A stretch of 63,193 nt of DNA, filler included, from Octopus bimaculoides (taxonomy: Eukaryota), in assembly GCF_001194135.2 (NCBI RefSeq). It is 4 parts of 4 records of this genome, joined end to end, with 100 filler letters (N's around TTAATTAATTAA, not from the genome) between each part and the next. Parts side by side here need not be neighbours in the genome. Positions count along the whole stretch, not along the records: positions 37,139 to 58,274 come from NC_068993.1; 3 more parts are not named here. The stretch is one strand, 5' to 3'. A program made the translations under genes and the position numbers. Below the pieces are notes generated by a model that saw only the letters and a list, made by a program, of their open reading frames with translations, was not told where the DNA came from and did not search any database. Each line of letters opens with the position of its first letter. Position 1 is the first letter of the stretch. Shown here piece after piece: positions 37,370 through 49,899 of this stretch.

Positions 37370-39097
37370 GTTAGACCGAAAAGAGAAAGGGGAGCTTAAA
37401 AGCGAATAAAAATACAGGGCGCTGAAAAAGAAGTATAATATTGAAAGAAAGGACCTGATGGTAGTAGTGGAGGAACTGAAACAGTGCCACGTTGCAAAGA
37501 AAGCAAAGATGGTAAGATACGACCAAAGAATGAAGGGTTACCACCAGAATAGGTTATTCAGAGTAGATCAGAAGAGACTCTATAAAGAAATAAATGGAGA
37601 GTGTACAGATGAAAAGTTGATACCAGATAACATTGAAAGTCAAAGGTTTTGAAGTGACATCTGGAGCAAAGACAAGGAGCACACGAAGGATGCTGAATGG
37701 TTGCAAGAACTGAAACAAAACAGACAGAACTAGTCATTTCAGTTAGGGAAGTGAAGGAAATTAGCAACTGGAAGGACCAGATGGAGTTCAAGGCTACTGG
37801 ATCAATTTCTGATAGACAAAACTGTACTCAGAGACTGCAACAGGAGGAAAAGTAACTTAGCCATGTCATGGATCGACTATCAAAAGGCGTACGATATGAT
37901 CCCACATTCTTGGACTTTGGAGTGTATGAACCTATTTGGTATTGCATCGAATGTTGAGCGATTGCTTGGAAAAAGTATGGCGAATTGGAGGACGGACTTG
38001 ACAGCACACAGAAGAAGTTTAGGGACAGTAGAAATTAGGAGGGGCATCTTCCAAGGGGACTGCCTGTCCCCACTGATCTTTGGACTATGCTTGATTCCAC
38101 TGACACTGATTCTGAGGAAAACAAAAGCTGGGTATGCATTCAAAAGCCACCAACAAAAAGTCAACCATATGTCATTCATGGATGATCTCAAACTTTATGG
38201 TAAAGATGAAGCCCAAGTCAGTTCCCTCGTTGATACGGTGTATACCTTCAGTGCTGATATCAGAATGGAATTCGGACTGAGAAAGTGTGGTGTGCTAGTC
38301 TTGAAGAGAGGCAAAATCAAGTGTATGGACGGGCTAACAATCCCGTCGGGGGAGGTTATGAAGGAGATAGAAGAGACAGACAGAGAAAAAAGATGGCTGT
38401 GAAGGACTAAAAGTGATTTAAAACCGGAAACGGAGGCTCTAATCTGTGCTGCCCAAGAGCAAGCACTAAGAACAAACTACATAAAATACAGAATAGACAA
38501 CAGAGCAGAAAGTGATAAGTGCAGAATCTGTGGACAAAACGGTGAAACCGTATGACATATTACCAGCCCTTGTACGCCACTAGCCCAGAAGGAATATAAG
38601 AGACGCCACGACAACATAACCAGGCTTGTCCATTGGACATTTTGCAACAAGTATCGACTTGACAGAGCAAAAAATTGGTACGACCACAAACCTGAAGGCA
38701 TCGTCAAAAATAGAAATGCAAAGATACTATGGGATTTTATGATTCAGTGCGACCATGAGATAGAGAATAGGAAGCTAGACATAGCCTTAATTGGGAAAGA
38801 AAACAAGCTATGCTGGATCATAGATATAGCATGCTCAGCTGACAACAAGGTATACGATAAGGAAGAAAGAAAAGTTGAGAGATATGACAGGTTAGCTTGG
38901 GAAGTTAAGCAGTTGTGGTCGATGAAAAAAGGTGGTAGTAGTAACAATAATTGTCGGAGCACTGGGAACAGTGAGCAAAAATCTCGAGAAGTACGTGGAA
39001 AAAATAGGGGCTGCAATAAGGGTGGAGTACTTGCAGAAAACAGCACTGCTTGGAACCGCTCGAATACTCCGGAAGGTGCTCGAAAATAAGAGGTGTT
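37370..39097 (+). mobile_element. R4/Dong-clade non-LTR retrotransposon (RT, CCHC, RLE), internally deleted
   Basis: QNRLFRVDQK, GPDGVQGYW, WIDYQKAYD, GIFQGDCLSP, FMDDLKLY, CRICGQNGETV*H, ILWDFMIQCDHEIENRKLDI, WIIDIACS and GALGTV..LQKTALLGTARILRKVL. Confidence 0.88.
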
Positions 39098-40106
39098 NNN
39101 NNNNNNNNNNNNNNNNNNNNNNNNNNNNNNNNNNNNNNNNNNNNNNNNNNNNNNNNNNNNNNNNNNNNNNNNNNNNNNNNNNNNNNNNNNNNNNNNNNNN
39201 NNNNNNNNNNNNNNNNNNNNNNNNNNNNNNNNNNNNNNNNNNNNNNNNNNNNNNNNNNNNNNNNNNNNNNNNNNNNNNNNNNNNNNNNNNNNNNNNNNNN
39301 NNNNNNNNNNNNNNNNNNNNNNNNNNNNNNNNNNNNNNNNNNNNNNNNNNNNNNNNNNNNNNNNNNNNNNNNNNNNNNNNNNNNNNNNNNNNNNNNNNNN
39401 NNNNNNNNNNNNNNNNNNNNNNNNNNNNNNNNNNNNNNNNNNNNNNNNNNNNNNNNNNNNNNNNNNNNNNNNNNNNNNNNNNNNNNNNNNNNNNNNNNNN
39501 NNNNNNNNNNNNNNNNNNNNNNNNNNNNNNNNNNNNNNNNNNNNNNNNNNNNNNNNNNNNNNNNNNNNNNNNNNNNNNNNNNNNNNNNNNNNNNNNNNNN
39601 NNNNNNNNNNNNNNNNNNNNNNNNNNNNNNNNNNNNNNNNNNNNNNNNNNNNNNNNNNNNNNNNNNNNNNNNNNNNNNNNNNNNNNNNNNNNNNNNNNNN
39701 NNNNNNNNNNNNNNNNNNNNNNNNNNNNNNNNNNNNNNNNNNNNNNNNNNNNNNNNNNNNNNNNNNNNNNNNNNNNNNNNNNNNNNNNNNNNNNNNNNNN
39801 NNNNNNNNNNNNNNNNNNNNNNNNNNNNNNNNNNNNNNNNNNNNNNNNNNNNNNNNNNNNNNNNNNNNNNNNNNNNNNNNNNNNNNNNNNNNNNNNNNNN
39901 NNNNNNNNNNNNNNNNNNNNNNNNNNNNCAAGGGACATGCTCAACTGGTTAAGGTCAAACAACTGACAAGCAAATCTGTGGTATTGAGCAGAATATTTGC
40001 TGTAGCTCATCTTTTATATACCAAGACAAAACAATGTACATGATAACACTTCCAATCAATTAAGATCAGAAGCCATGAGAGCAACTACCTCGTACTGCAT
40101 CCGGAC

Positions 40107-40143
<37 letters not shown>

Positions 40144-40144
40144 G

Positions 40145-40335
40145 CAGAATTGTTAGCAGGCCGGACAAAATGCTTAGCGGCAATTCGTTCGTCTTTACGT
40201 CCTCAGTTCAAATTCCACCGCGACCAATTTGCCTTTCATTCGCCCAGAGTTGATAAAATAACTATCAGTTGAGCACTGGGGTCAACGTAATCGACTTCTC
40301 CCCTAAAATTGCTGGCCTTGAGATAACATTTGACA
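40145..40335 (+). mobile_element. SINE family C, degenerate
   Basis: CAGAATTGTTAGCAGGCCGGACAAAATGCTTAGCGG..GTTCAAATTCC..TTGCCTTTCAT. Confidence 0.75.
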
Positions 40336-41038
40336 CCATTATTATTATTATTCGCATTAGTTGTAGTCATAGGAGGAGCAGGAGAAGAGCTGCATCAGCA
40401 GCAGCAACAACAGCAGAACTGTATCTCAGCAGAGAATAGGTCTCTCATATCACTTGCGTCCATATTTCTTCGAAATACATCATGTTGATATTGGCGTCCT
40501 ATATTTCTTACATATATAAGTGGAGTGAACTCGCGGTTTTTAACTTCATCCCACAGGGGGAGGTGGTCTCCATCTTTCCATACGGCCCATATGACATCAG
40601 CACAGTATTCAAGAGTAATAGAATACTTCGCAAATATCTCCTTCGGGTAAAACCACCAATAGAAGAGAATATTACCAAAAACTGCGTGTACTCCATCCCA
40701 TGCAGCTGTGGTAGGTTATACAAAGGCGAAACATGCCACCCCATCAAAATAAGAGTAGAGGAACATCGCAAAGCTGTGGAGATATTGATAAATCGGGTAT
40801 AGCTGATCATGTATGGAAAAACGGAGACCACCATCCCCTGTGGGATGAAGTTAAAATACTAGACAGATAACACCACTGGAAAATACGAAAAATAATAGAA
40901 GCAGCACATATGCTAGGGCACAACAACCTCCTAAGCAGACCGAGTGCAGATATGAATAGCATATGGGAACCAGTATTAAGGAAGGATAGGAAAATATTAG
41001 ATTTATAAGCCCTTAAAATTCACTCCAAAATTGCCCAC

Positions 41039-41112
41039 GGGCATATGGCGTAGTGGTTAAGAGCGCGGGCTACTAACCCCAAGATTACGAGTTCGATTCC
41101 AGGCAGTGACCT
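41039..41112 (+). pseudogene. tRNA-like sequence (Pol III A/B boxes) inside the Penelope 3' region
   Basis: A-box TGGCGTAGTGG at 41046-41056, GGG-CTACTAA-CCC anticodon-like arm, and B-box GAGTTCGATTCC at 41089-41100. The acceptor stem is imperfect, so it is not called a functional tRNA. Confidence 0.75.
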
Positions 41113-41185
41113 GAATATAATAATAACAACAACAACAACATCGAAAAATACCTTAGGAATGAGAATCCAGGTTCGAAATTTCCCC

Positions 41186-41268
41186 AAGACACCTAATGAA
41201 GGCTGGAGGGTACATCAGCCGAAATGTGTTAACAACAAACAAGATGAGGACAAATATGCGTCAAATGT
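41186..41268 (+). ncRNA. Degenerate hammerhead-ribozyme-like motif
   Basis: CTAATGA (the canonical core is CTGATGA) at 41193-41199, stem GGCTG/CAGCC at 41201-41205 and 41216-41220, GAAA at 41221-41224, and a candidate GTC cleavage triplet at 41260-41262. Penelope terminal repeats are known to carry minimal hammerheads. Confidence 0.55.
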
Positions 41269-42639
41269 AAATAATGTACATNNNNNNNNNNNNNNNNNNN
41301 NNNNNNNNNNNNNNNNNNNNNACACTAACACTAAGGGTATCAACAAGCAGATGAGAACGCCATTTGCTTCTCCCCAAAAGACAATGTAAAGATCGAGAGG
41401 CACCAACATAAATGAAGTTCAAGCAAAAAAATACTCTGCAACGAGGAGTCAACAACGATGTATGTGTGTGTTTATATATGTATAGATAGATAGACAGATA
41501 GATAGATATGCAGTATATAAACATGTATCCGGGTATGTGTGTACGTATGTATGTATGTACGTATGTATGTATACACACATACAAAGCATGCGTACATACG
41601 CAACAAACTGTACGTACTTCCGAGTGGAAGTTTGCTGTGCTGAGTTGAGTTTGAAACAAACCTTCTAGTCATTTCGTTATTTTATGTGTTATATCTCCGC
41701 TCCATAAAGAGATCTTTCAAGAATAATTTGGAGGAAAAATAAACAAAAAGTTAGTTTCTTGATGTCCGTTATGTGGTATTGTAAAATCAGAAAGACTCTT
41801 TCAACATTGGCCGTTATTCACAAAACGCAAAACAACAAACTTTTTATTCATATTCAGAATTTTTTATTTTATTCTGTTTCCTTTGGAAAAATGAGTATAA
41901 GCCGCTTCTTAGTAGTTAACCCGTAGGATATACGAAACGTTCCTAAACTAAATGTATGTCATTGTTCAGTTTTATTTCAAGATTTCTTGCCAATAGAAAA
42001 AGAACCGGTTTCTAACCTAGATTCAAGGTTCCTTCATTGCAATTTCAACATCAACAACAGGGTATTTTTGTTTGTATGTATGTATATGTGCAGATTTTTA
42101 TATTTTGTTTTATGTATGTATTCTCATGAATATAGTTACATATCTAGACATGCTCATACATATTTAAATGATAAACTTCTGAACAGTTTTACAGATTTTT
42201 ACAGTTACAGTGATGGGTTGAATCTGTAGTCTTCAAATTAGCTTTTTCCTTTCTGTTTTTGAGAAGCCTAATCTCTCAAGATTGGTATTTAGGCAATGTA
42301 TTACATATCCCAAGGGCCTAATAATTACAGATATAAACCTGAACTTGTAATTTGGATAGAGTAACTGCAGATTTCTCAATAGTTCAGCGTAGGTATTCTC
42401 TTTTTTATGTATGTATGTATGTATGTATGTATGTATGTATGTATGTATGTATGTATGTACGAATGCATGTATGTATGTGGATTCTGGCTCAAATTCAAAT
42501 TATTCGATTTGTGACTGGAATGTTATGTGACGCTCACAGTTCTCTATCAGCGGACAATACGTTCGATGGTACTTCAAACCTTGCGTTCTATAGATTAGAG
42601 GCGGGCAAGTTCAACGACGTTCTCTGAGATACTCTAGCC

Positions 42640-42960
42640 GCTGCCGAACACCAACTGGACAGTTTTTTCCAGAGGATTTCCGGATCGACAATTCAACGAA
42701 AAGTTTTTGGCTAGGAAAGGCAAGCGGTTTTTCTGTTTAATGGCTATAGCGAAAAGGATTATCTAGTAGAATAGATTGTATAGTAGATCGCATTGTATAA
42801 AGAAATGAGGGGCAGACCTCATCAGTTGCTCCAAGGTCTGCTAAAGAAGAAAGGTGAACGAGGAGCAGGTGCAATCCCGTATATTTGCTGAAAAGTGGAT
42901 GAGAGTGGCAAATATGGTCCAGAATACAGCTTGTCATAAAAGTTAGTCAATGATCTGTGA
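42640..42960 (+). mobile_element. Old Tx1/L1-like ORF2 3' remnant
   Basis: GKRFFCLMAIAKRII and FAEKWMRVANMV align loosely with the C-terminus of the 57713-58069 ORF family. Confidence 0.5.
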
Positions 42961-44569
42961 GGGTTACCGTTTGACCCCAAGAAGATGTATATATATCTAT
43001 TGGGTCACTTCATTTTTTCTATTATACTGTTGTTTTTATGTCTGTTTTCGCATATTCGATTCTATGTAACCCTAACGTCAAATCTATAATCTGTCCATGT
43101 AATTTCTTTTCACTCATTACTCGTCATGTCTTGCAAACAACTCGCACATGCAAGTGCTACCAGTCGAGAACTCCGCATACCAGAAGCCAGCGAGTGAATG
43201 GGGTCATTTGCATATGTCATTCTCTGAGACGTTCCATCTTACTAGATTCGTAGGTGACGGCAGAACATCATAGGATCATATACTATGTAATCATATACTA
43301 TGTAATCATATACTTAGACATGCAGTTCTTGATGCCCTAGAACAAGTCAGTAGCTGCAATGTAAGTCGCGGTGGTGCAGGTCTGAGAGACCAGTTGATAT
43401 TCATATGATAGTATGACAGACTCAAATAGTCTGCAAACGAAAGAGTCTGAAAAGGTAAATAAAGAGATATAGAAAACAAGGCAGACATTAACACGAGCAC
43501 GTCCCAGAAGTTGCTGTTCCCAGAACGCAACCTTTTTCACTGTTACTTGTAGATCCAAAGGTAGAGAAAGAAACCACCCCGTTTTTATGGCTAGAAGCCA
43601 ACGACCAGCAGTCTCACCCTCCAGCCATAACCAGTAATACCAATCCGTTTTCTGTAGTCAATAAACAGGATATGTAGAATGATAATAGGAGTGGCAAATT
43701 CTTGGTGATAGTGGGAACTGAAAAACAAAAGAGAATATATCTCCTCAAGGAAAAAGAAGAAAACGAGTTAAAAAAAAAAAAAAAAGCAGAAGTGTGAAGA
43801 GAGCACATCTCCTGCTGTTATGAGATGACAGCCCAAATGATGGATNNNNNNNNNNGAGAGCACATCTCCTGCTGTTATGAGATGACAGCCCAAATGATGG
43901 ATAGTTTAAACAAACTACAAGAATTATTAGAAAAAAACAAAAAACAGTGGCGGATTTGCAAGGAGATGCTCTCCGTTTCAGTAAGATAGACTGCCAAGGA
44001 GAACCAAGCTGTTACAGGGTTATACAAAATAAATGAATCATAAAATTATAAAATACCTTTCTTATTAATTCTATTAAGGATCAACAGAATGTTTTTTATA
44101 TTCCTCTTTTTCTGTATGCTTGCTTTCAATGTTTGCTTGGATTTTGATATTTTATGCAAGTAGATATGAATGCATGGTTTTTCTTTTTGGAGCTGCCAAA
44201 TATATTTCATTTAAACAGGCGATATTGACATTCCTTTTTGTTTGACAGAAGATTTTTTTTTGTTGGTATGTCTTAATACATGGCATAGCCTCCCTGCCCA
44301 TCTTTCGTTTTTTTTGTAAAACTACGTATGTACATCCCCACATACCTTTAACCACTTTTTTGAAACGCATTTTCGTATGGATAGGGAGAATCGTTAGTGA
44401 AACAGACAAAATATTTCATGATATTTAAATATAGTTAATGAAGAACTGGAGACGACATAATCAACTAAGCCTCACCCCCGCCAATAATTAATGTCTCGTC
44501 TCTAAGTAAGAAATGATAATTATTAATATTATTACATGTTATAGTAGCAGCGATACTGTCATGAAGTTT

Positions 44570-44830
44570 GGTGACGACAAATCTTGCTAAATCTGAAGAA
44601 TCTTTCTAGGATTCTTGCAGAATACAGGACTGCACTTTTCTGCAGATCAAGTCCTCAATTCAAACATCATTCACCCTCTTACGCAGAAGTTTGGACGTTG
44701 TGCTAAGTGCACTAATTACCACAGGCATAATTGTCATCTTAGTCATCCACAATCTCTTCCTCCCGCTGATAAGGTTCAGATATTTCTCTTTTTTTCTTCT
44801 TTTCAACTTCTTTAGCATCTTCTCTTTCTT
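44570..44830 (-). mobile_element. Old R4/Dong-like RLE C-terminal remnant
   Basis: KEKYLNLISGRKRLWMTKMTIMPVVISALSTT...QKSAVLYSARIL (frameshifted) parallels 38870-39090. Confidence 0.6.
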
Positions 44831-47800
44831 GAACTTGTCACGCTTTTGGGAGGATATTTTTTCTAAGATGATTTTGTGGCATTCTGTATCCACTTTATTT
44901 ACACTGTGATAGAACAATACGGTTTGTTCTTGATTATTTTTTATAGTCATATTTTGTAAATACTTTTTACTAGATAAACAAAATGGTCGTAACACTAATG
45001 TAAACAAATAAACCCTACCAGTTACAAACCTGTGAAAAATATCGACACAGATTTTAAAAAAAATACTAGAAATAAAGGAAACTAACAACAAGAACAATCA
45101 GATACATCAAACTTTACAAACAGAAAAAATAATGCACTTGTTCATAAAAATAATATGAGTTTTCTAGCTTGACATACTACAAAATATTTTGATATAAATC
45201 GACTCGAAGAAAAAAACATGGGAGAATTATGTTACGAAGGACAGTGTGTTGTTGCCAAACAACAAATAGAATAACGGACAAGGAAGTAACATACTGTTGC
45301 ACGGTGAAAATAAAGAAAGAGAGAGAGAAATCTTTCACACACCCTGAAAAGAACAGTTGCAAGAGGCTATGGCCGATGTATGATAAAGATGTGGCTTTCA
45401 TCAGCCGTGGCAAAATATATGGCAGTAGATGCCTACTTTTCAACTCCAAGGACAAGATGATACGAAAGACTGGTTAAGTGCATCACACCCCTGAAGGCTG
45501 ATTTCGAAACCAGCCAGTTTTCAATATTTGACCATCTTGCTTTATTGTAATGATACGTTTTGGAAATTTAGTTGTTACATTGTAACATTTTATGATATTG
45601 AATTTATAATGAACCATACGTGGACATCATAAATGTTAGATGGCTTTAAAAATCACTAGGATTAGATCCGTTCCATTAAAAGCTTGACGTCCTGACTTAA
45701 CTGAGAACGAATGTCCAATTTTTGCATCTATTAATTTTCTGTAACACATCTGTACACACACACATTTACTCCGGTTATTGTTGATTTAAATAATGTACAA
45801 TTAGAAATATATGCAAGAAAAAACATTTACAAAATCACGTGAGAACTACGACAGACATTGTATTACTTAAATGACAAGAGAAACGACAAATAAATGAATA
45901 GCTTCAGCTAGTGAATTACTTTCTTTAAATATTTCTTGTCTTTCCTTGCAACAGGTTTTCAATGATTCTATGAATTCTACTGGATATATTATGGCAGCCT
46001 TATCTTTCCATGTACTCTGTAATTTTCGACACAAATTTACTGAAGTTACTGAAGTTTACTGAAGATAAATATTTGTCACAAGAAAATAGTTGCATAGATC
46101 TGTTTGTCATGCTCGACTTTATCTCATTTAGTTTAATGGAAATTACACAAGCACCCCAACCACCCCCACACATTGTACATTTAAAATAACAATACGGAGA
46201 TCTCAGCTAAATGTAGTGTTAGAAACTTGTTTTTATACGTCAATGATGTCATCGTGATATTGAGGTATCATTGGGATATTATGGTTGCCTAATTAGCTTT
46301 ATTACTTCATCGGACTGAATCACGTCAGTTGAAACATAACTTAGCAATAAACAATTCTTAGAGTTAAATGGTCGTACAATGTATCAAACCATTGGTTCTT
46401 ATATAAGATACGCTGTTATCTTGGGCAATACAATATCACATGTTTATGCTCCAAGCTATGTAATAATAAGCTGTGAACTTTGCACACAACATCTGATTAT
46501 CATTCACATAACCTTACCTAAAAAGCAACTTACTTAAAACTATCATAAAGCCAAACAACCCCCCAATAAATCACAATCTGATGAAGGCACAGAAACTGAA
46601 ACTTCGAAGTCATTGTCAAATGTTTCTTTCTAAAATTAAATAAAAATTTACATAAAAACAGACATGCACACACACACACACAAATGCTGTATTCAGTTCT
46701 CTATGATTTGAAATCGTTTACACCCACATGCACACTCACAATCCACACATGTGTAGGTGTGTGTGTGTGTGTGTATCTGTGTTCATGTACTTTGTATATA
46801 TGTATTTATGTATATACATATATATAATAATTTATTCGCAAAAATAGAAAATAACTATAAATTTATTAGTAAGAAATGATGGAGAAAATTGACACGCCTT
46901 CTGTGTATATTCTAAAATACGGAAAAAGTAAAATAGAGTTAAAAGAACAGAAAGAAGGATAAATAAAGAGGGCAAAGGGATCAGCCTTTGTTGCTAAATT
47001 GTCTTGTAGACCTCAGATGTTTAATTTCCGGTAGAAATAACGGTAATGTTTGTGTGTGTGTATGTGTGTATGTGTGAGAGAGAGAGAGAGTAGTGAGAGA
47101 GAGTAGTGAGAGAGAGAGTAGCGAGAGAGAGAGAGTAGTGAGAGAGAGAGATAGGTAGAGAGAGGTAAAGAGAGGGAGAGAGAGAGGGGAGGGAGGGAGG
47201 GAGCGAATATACAACAAATCTAATATGGCTTGAGGATTGAAAACTCTTCCGTGAAAGAGATAGCAACGATGCTATCTAGCGTTTGGTTTCCATAAACAGT
47301 GCATCCGTTGTTTCTGCTTGTCAAAACAGGGGAAAACGGCAAAAGAATACCCTAGTGTATGGAACAGATGATCTTCACTTTCTATCCTGCTTGAACCGAA
47401 CTAAATAGCTTTTATTTATATATAATTTCGACATACAAAAACACACTCATAAGCACATTAATATATGATTGTACATGTGCGAGTGTGTGTGCGTATGTGT
47501 GTGTATGTGTGTGTGTACTCTGCTTTAGTGTATGAGTGTTTCTTTCTGTCATTTCACACACATTCCAGTGTTTGCATGTTGTTAACCGAGGATACAGATC
47601 TGCTAGACTAATTGCTAAATATGTAAACACATGAACACACACACACAGACGCGCGCGCGTGCGCATGTGTGTGTGCATGTGTATGTAAACATATATACAT
47701 GTATATATATATATATATACACGCACACACACACACAAACACACACACATACATACACACTTATGCATGTCTATATATATATATATATATATAGTGTATG

Positions 47801-48479
47801 TGGATGTGTGTGCGTGCGTGTGTGTGTGTGTGTGCGTGTGTGTCTTCTATGTGTTCGTGCTCCTTTTTCCTTACATTTGCATATTCAATCCGTGTATATC
47901 TAGCTGAAAGTGCACAAAGACAACCATTCTTGTAATTTGACGATCGTTCACACAATACGCTCCTATCCGCTTTAGTATGTAAACGTCTTTTGCATATTAA
48001 CAACCATATAGCTGTCGACTCTTTAGAATATTACAACGTCGGCAGTCTTTTGTTAAGTCCGAATGTAGAGTAAAAAGTAAACGGATCTTCGTCGGTTATG
48101 ACAATGAATTGTTTGATCAACTGAATTATTTGCTCATTGAGCGAAAGTGGCTGAGTATTTCACATCCACTTCCATCACCCTCAAGTAGAATCAGCGTGTC
48201 GCAGCATTACATAGAAGGCGCTTGGATGACAGAACAATCGATCCGATGGGCTTCCACACAACTTTCGTCCACCCAATTCCCCCGTTTCCCCCCACCCCCA
48301 CCCCATAGGACTCCGGGTGACCCAAAGCTTATAGTGAAAGACATTGGCCATGATACGTTGTTAGTGAGTCCGAACCATGAGCGATGAGGCAACGAAGCGA
48401 ACTTCTTTACAATGCCTTCACTTTCGAATGTATATATTAATTTACAGATACATACCAAAACACACCCGCAAACATGCAC

Positions 48480-48545
<66 letters not shown>

Positions 48546-48759
48546 ACACGCACACATACTCTGCACAAGCATAAACAGTATATGCAAATGTTGTATGTAT
48601 GTATGTAAGTATATATGTAAGTATGTATGTGTGTAAATATATATATATGCATGTACTTTTGTTATTTACACCACCTGTCCTCGTCTGTTATTATTTGTAT
48701 ATTCTCCCATATATATGCATGTATGTATGTGTGTAAATATATATATATATATATATATA

Positions 48760-48922
48760 TGTTATGTCTCAAGCTACTGCTATGTAGCACCTCCGGATGA
48801 TCTCTACTCAACCGCTACACAACTGCTACTCAACTGCGACTCAACACTCCTACCACGGCCAGACTACCTCTATTTATATGTCTTGGGAGATCCTACTTCT
48901 TCGCCTGGGGGCGTCGACACTA
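48760..48922 (-). mobile_element. Solo LTR, second copy of the 22205-22370 family
   Basis: Reverse complement of 22205-22370 (identical peptide stretches appear in the ORF track). One end is degenerate and no clear TSD is visible. Confidence 0.85.
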
Positions 48923-48974
48923 TTGAGTACTGTTTCTTTTGCTCGTAACTATTGTACCATATATCTTTTTTTAT

Positions 48975-49180
48975 TATAGGCACAGGGCCTGAAGTTTTGG
49001 GAGAGGGGACTAGTCAATTACATCGACATCAGAATTTCACTGCTACTTAATTTATCGACCCTGAAAGGATGAAAGGCGAAGTCGACCTCGGCGGAATTTG
49101 AACTCGGAACGTAGCGACGGGCGAAATACCGCTAAGCATTTCATCCAACGTGTTAACGATTCTGCCAGCTCACCGCCTTT
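48975..49180 (-). mobile_element. SINE family C
   Basis: GAAAGGATGAAAGGCGAAGTCGACCTCGGCGGAATTTGAACTC...CTGCCAGCTCACCGCC. Confidence 0.9.
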
Positions 49181-49289
49181 GCCGTGATAAATAATGAGAT
49201 ATGGTTATACTTAATATATGACATACTCTTATACCAATGGAATAAGCTGATTGTGTTTGCTTATATTACTTTTCATAATTAATTTGTAG

Positions 49290-49505
49290 CGAAGGCAGCG
49301 TGCTGGCAGAACCGTTAGCATGCCGAGCAAAATGCTTAGCGGCATTTCATCCGTCTTAATGGTCTGAGTTCAAATTCCGCCAAGGTCGATTTTGCCTTTC
49401 ATCCTTTCAAGGTCAGTAAAATAAGTACCAGTTGAACGTTGCGGTCGATGTAATCGACAAGCCTTCTTCTCCAAATTTCAGGCCGTGTGCCTATAACAGA
49501 AACGA
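49290..49505 (+). mobile_element. SINE family C
   Basis: AAGGCAGCGTGCTGGCAGAACCGTTAGC...GAGTTCAAATTCC...GCCTTTCATCCTTTC. Confidence 0.9.
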
Positions 49506-49524
49506 TTATTAATTTATAGCGCAG

Positions 49525-49740
49525 TAAAGGCAGCGAGCTGGCAGAAATGTTAGCACGCCGTGAAAAATACTTTGCGGCATTTCGTCCGTCTTTACGTTCT
49601 GAGTTCGAATTCTGCCGAGGTCGACTTTGCTTTTCATCCTTTCAAGATCGATGAATTAAGCACTAGTTGAGTACCGGGGTCGATGTACTCGACTTAATCT
49701 ATCTCCACCCCCGAAAATGCTGGCCTTTTGCTAAAATTTG
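49525..49740 (+). mobile_element. SINE family C
   Basis: AAGGCAGCGAGCTGGCAGAAATGTTAGC...GAGTTCGAATTCTG...GTCGACTTTGC. Confidence 0.9.
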
Positions 49741-49899
49741 AAATCAGTTTATTGTGCGCTATTTCAAATAACCACGGTCAGTTACACGAATAAATTATTT
49801 TGCCAAGAAGTATATTTTGGGTTCGGAACCAGTTATGTTGATAATAACTGTTCAGTAACTCCTAACTCTTTACCTAGGGCACACCTACCAAACTCTTTC

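Larger units (their letters stand above)
40520..41281 (+). mobile_element. Penelope-like element 3' portion: GIY-YIG endonuclease, 3' terminal repeat and short inverted 5' segment
   Basis: STVFKSNRILRKYLLRVKPP..NCVYSIPCSCGRLYKGET..IRVEEHRKAV..SGIADHVWKNGDHHPLWDEVKIL..WEPVL; stop codon at 41006-41008. Confidence 0.88.

Noticed and set aside
41039-41112. Functional tRNA-Ser(ACT) gene
   Set aside because: The acceptor stem pairs poorly, the anticodon stem has only 3 bp, there is no long variable arm and no T-run terminator. It is kept only as a tRNA-like module.
43799-43902. 47-bp perfect direct repeat around a 10-N gap
   Set aside because: This is a typical unmerged contig overlap, not a biological duplication.
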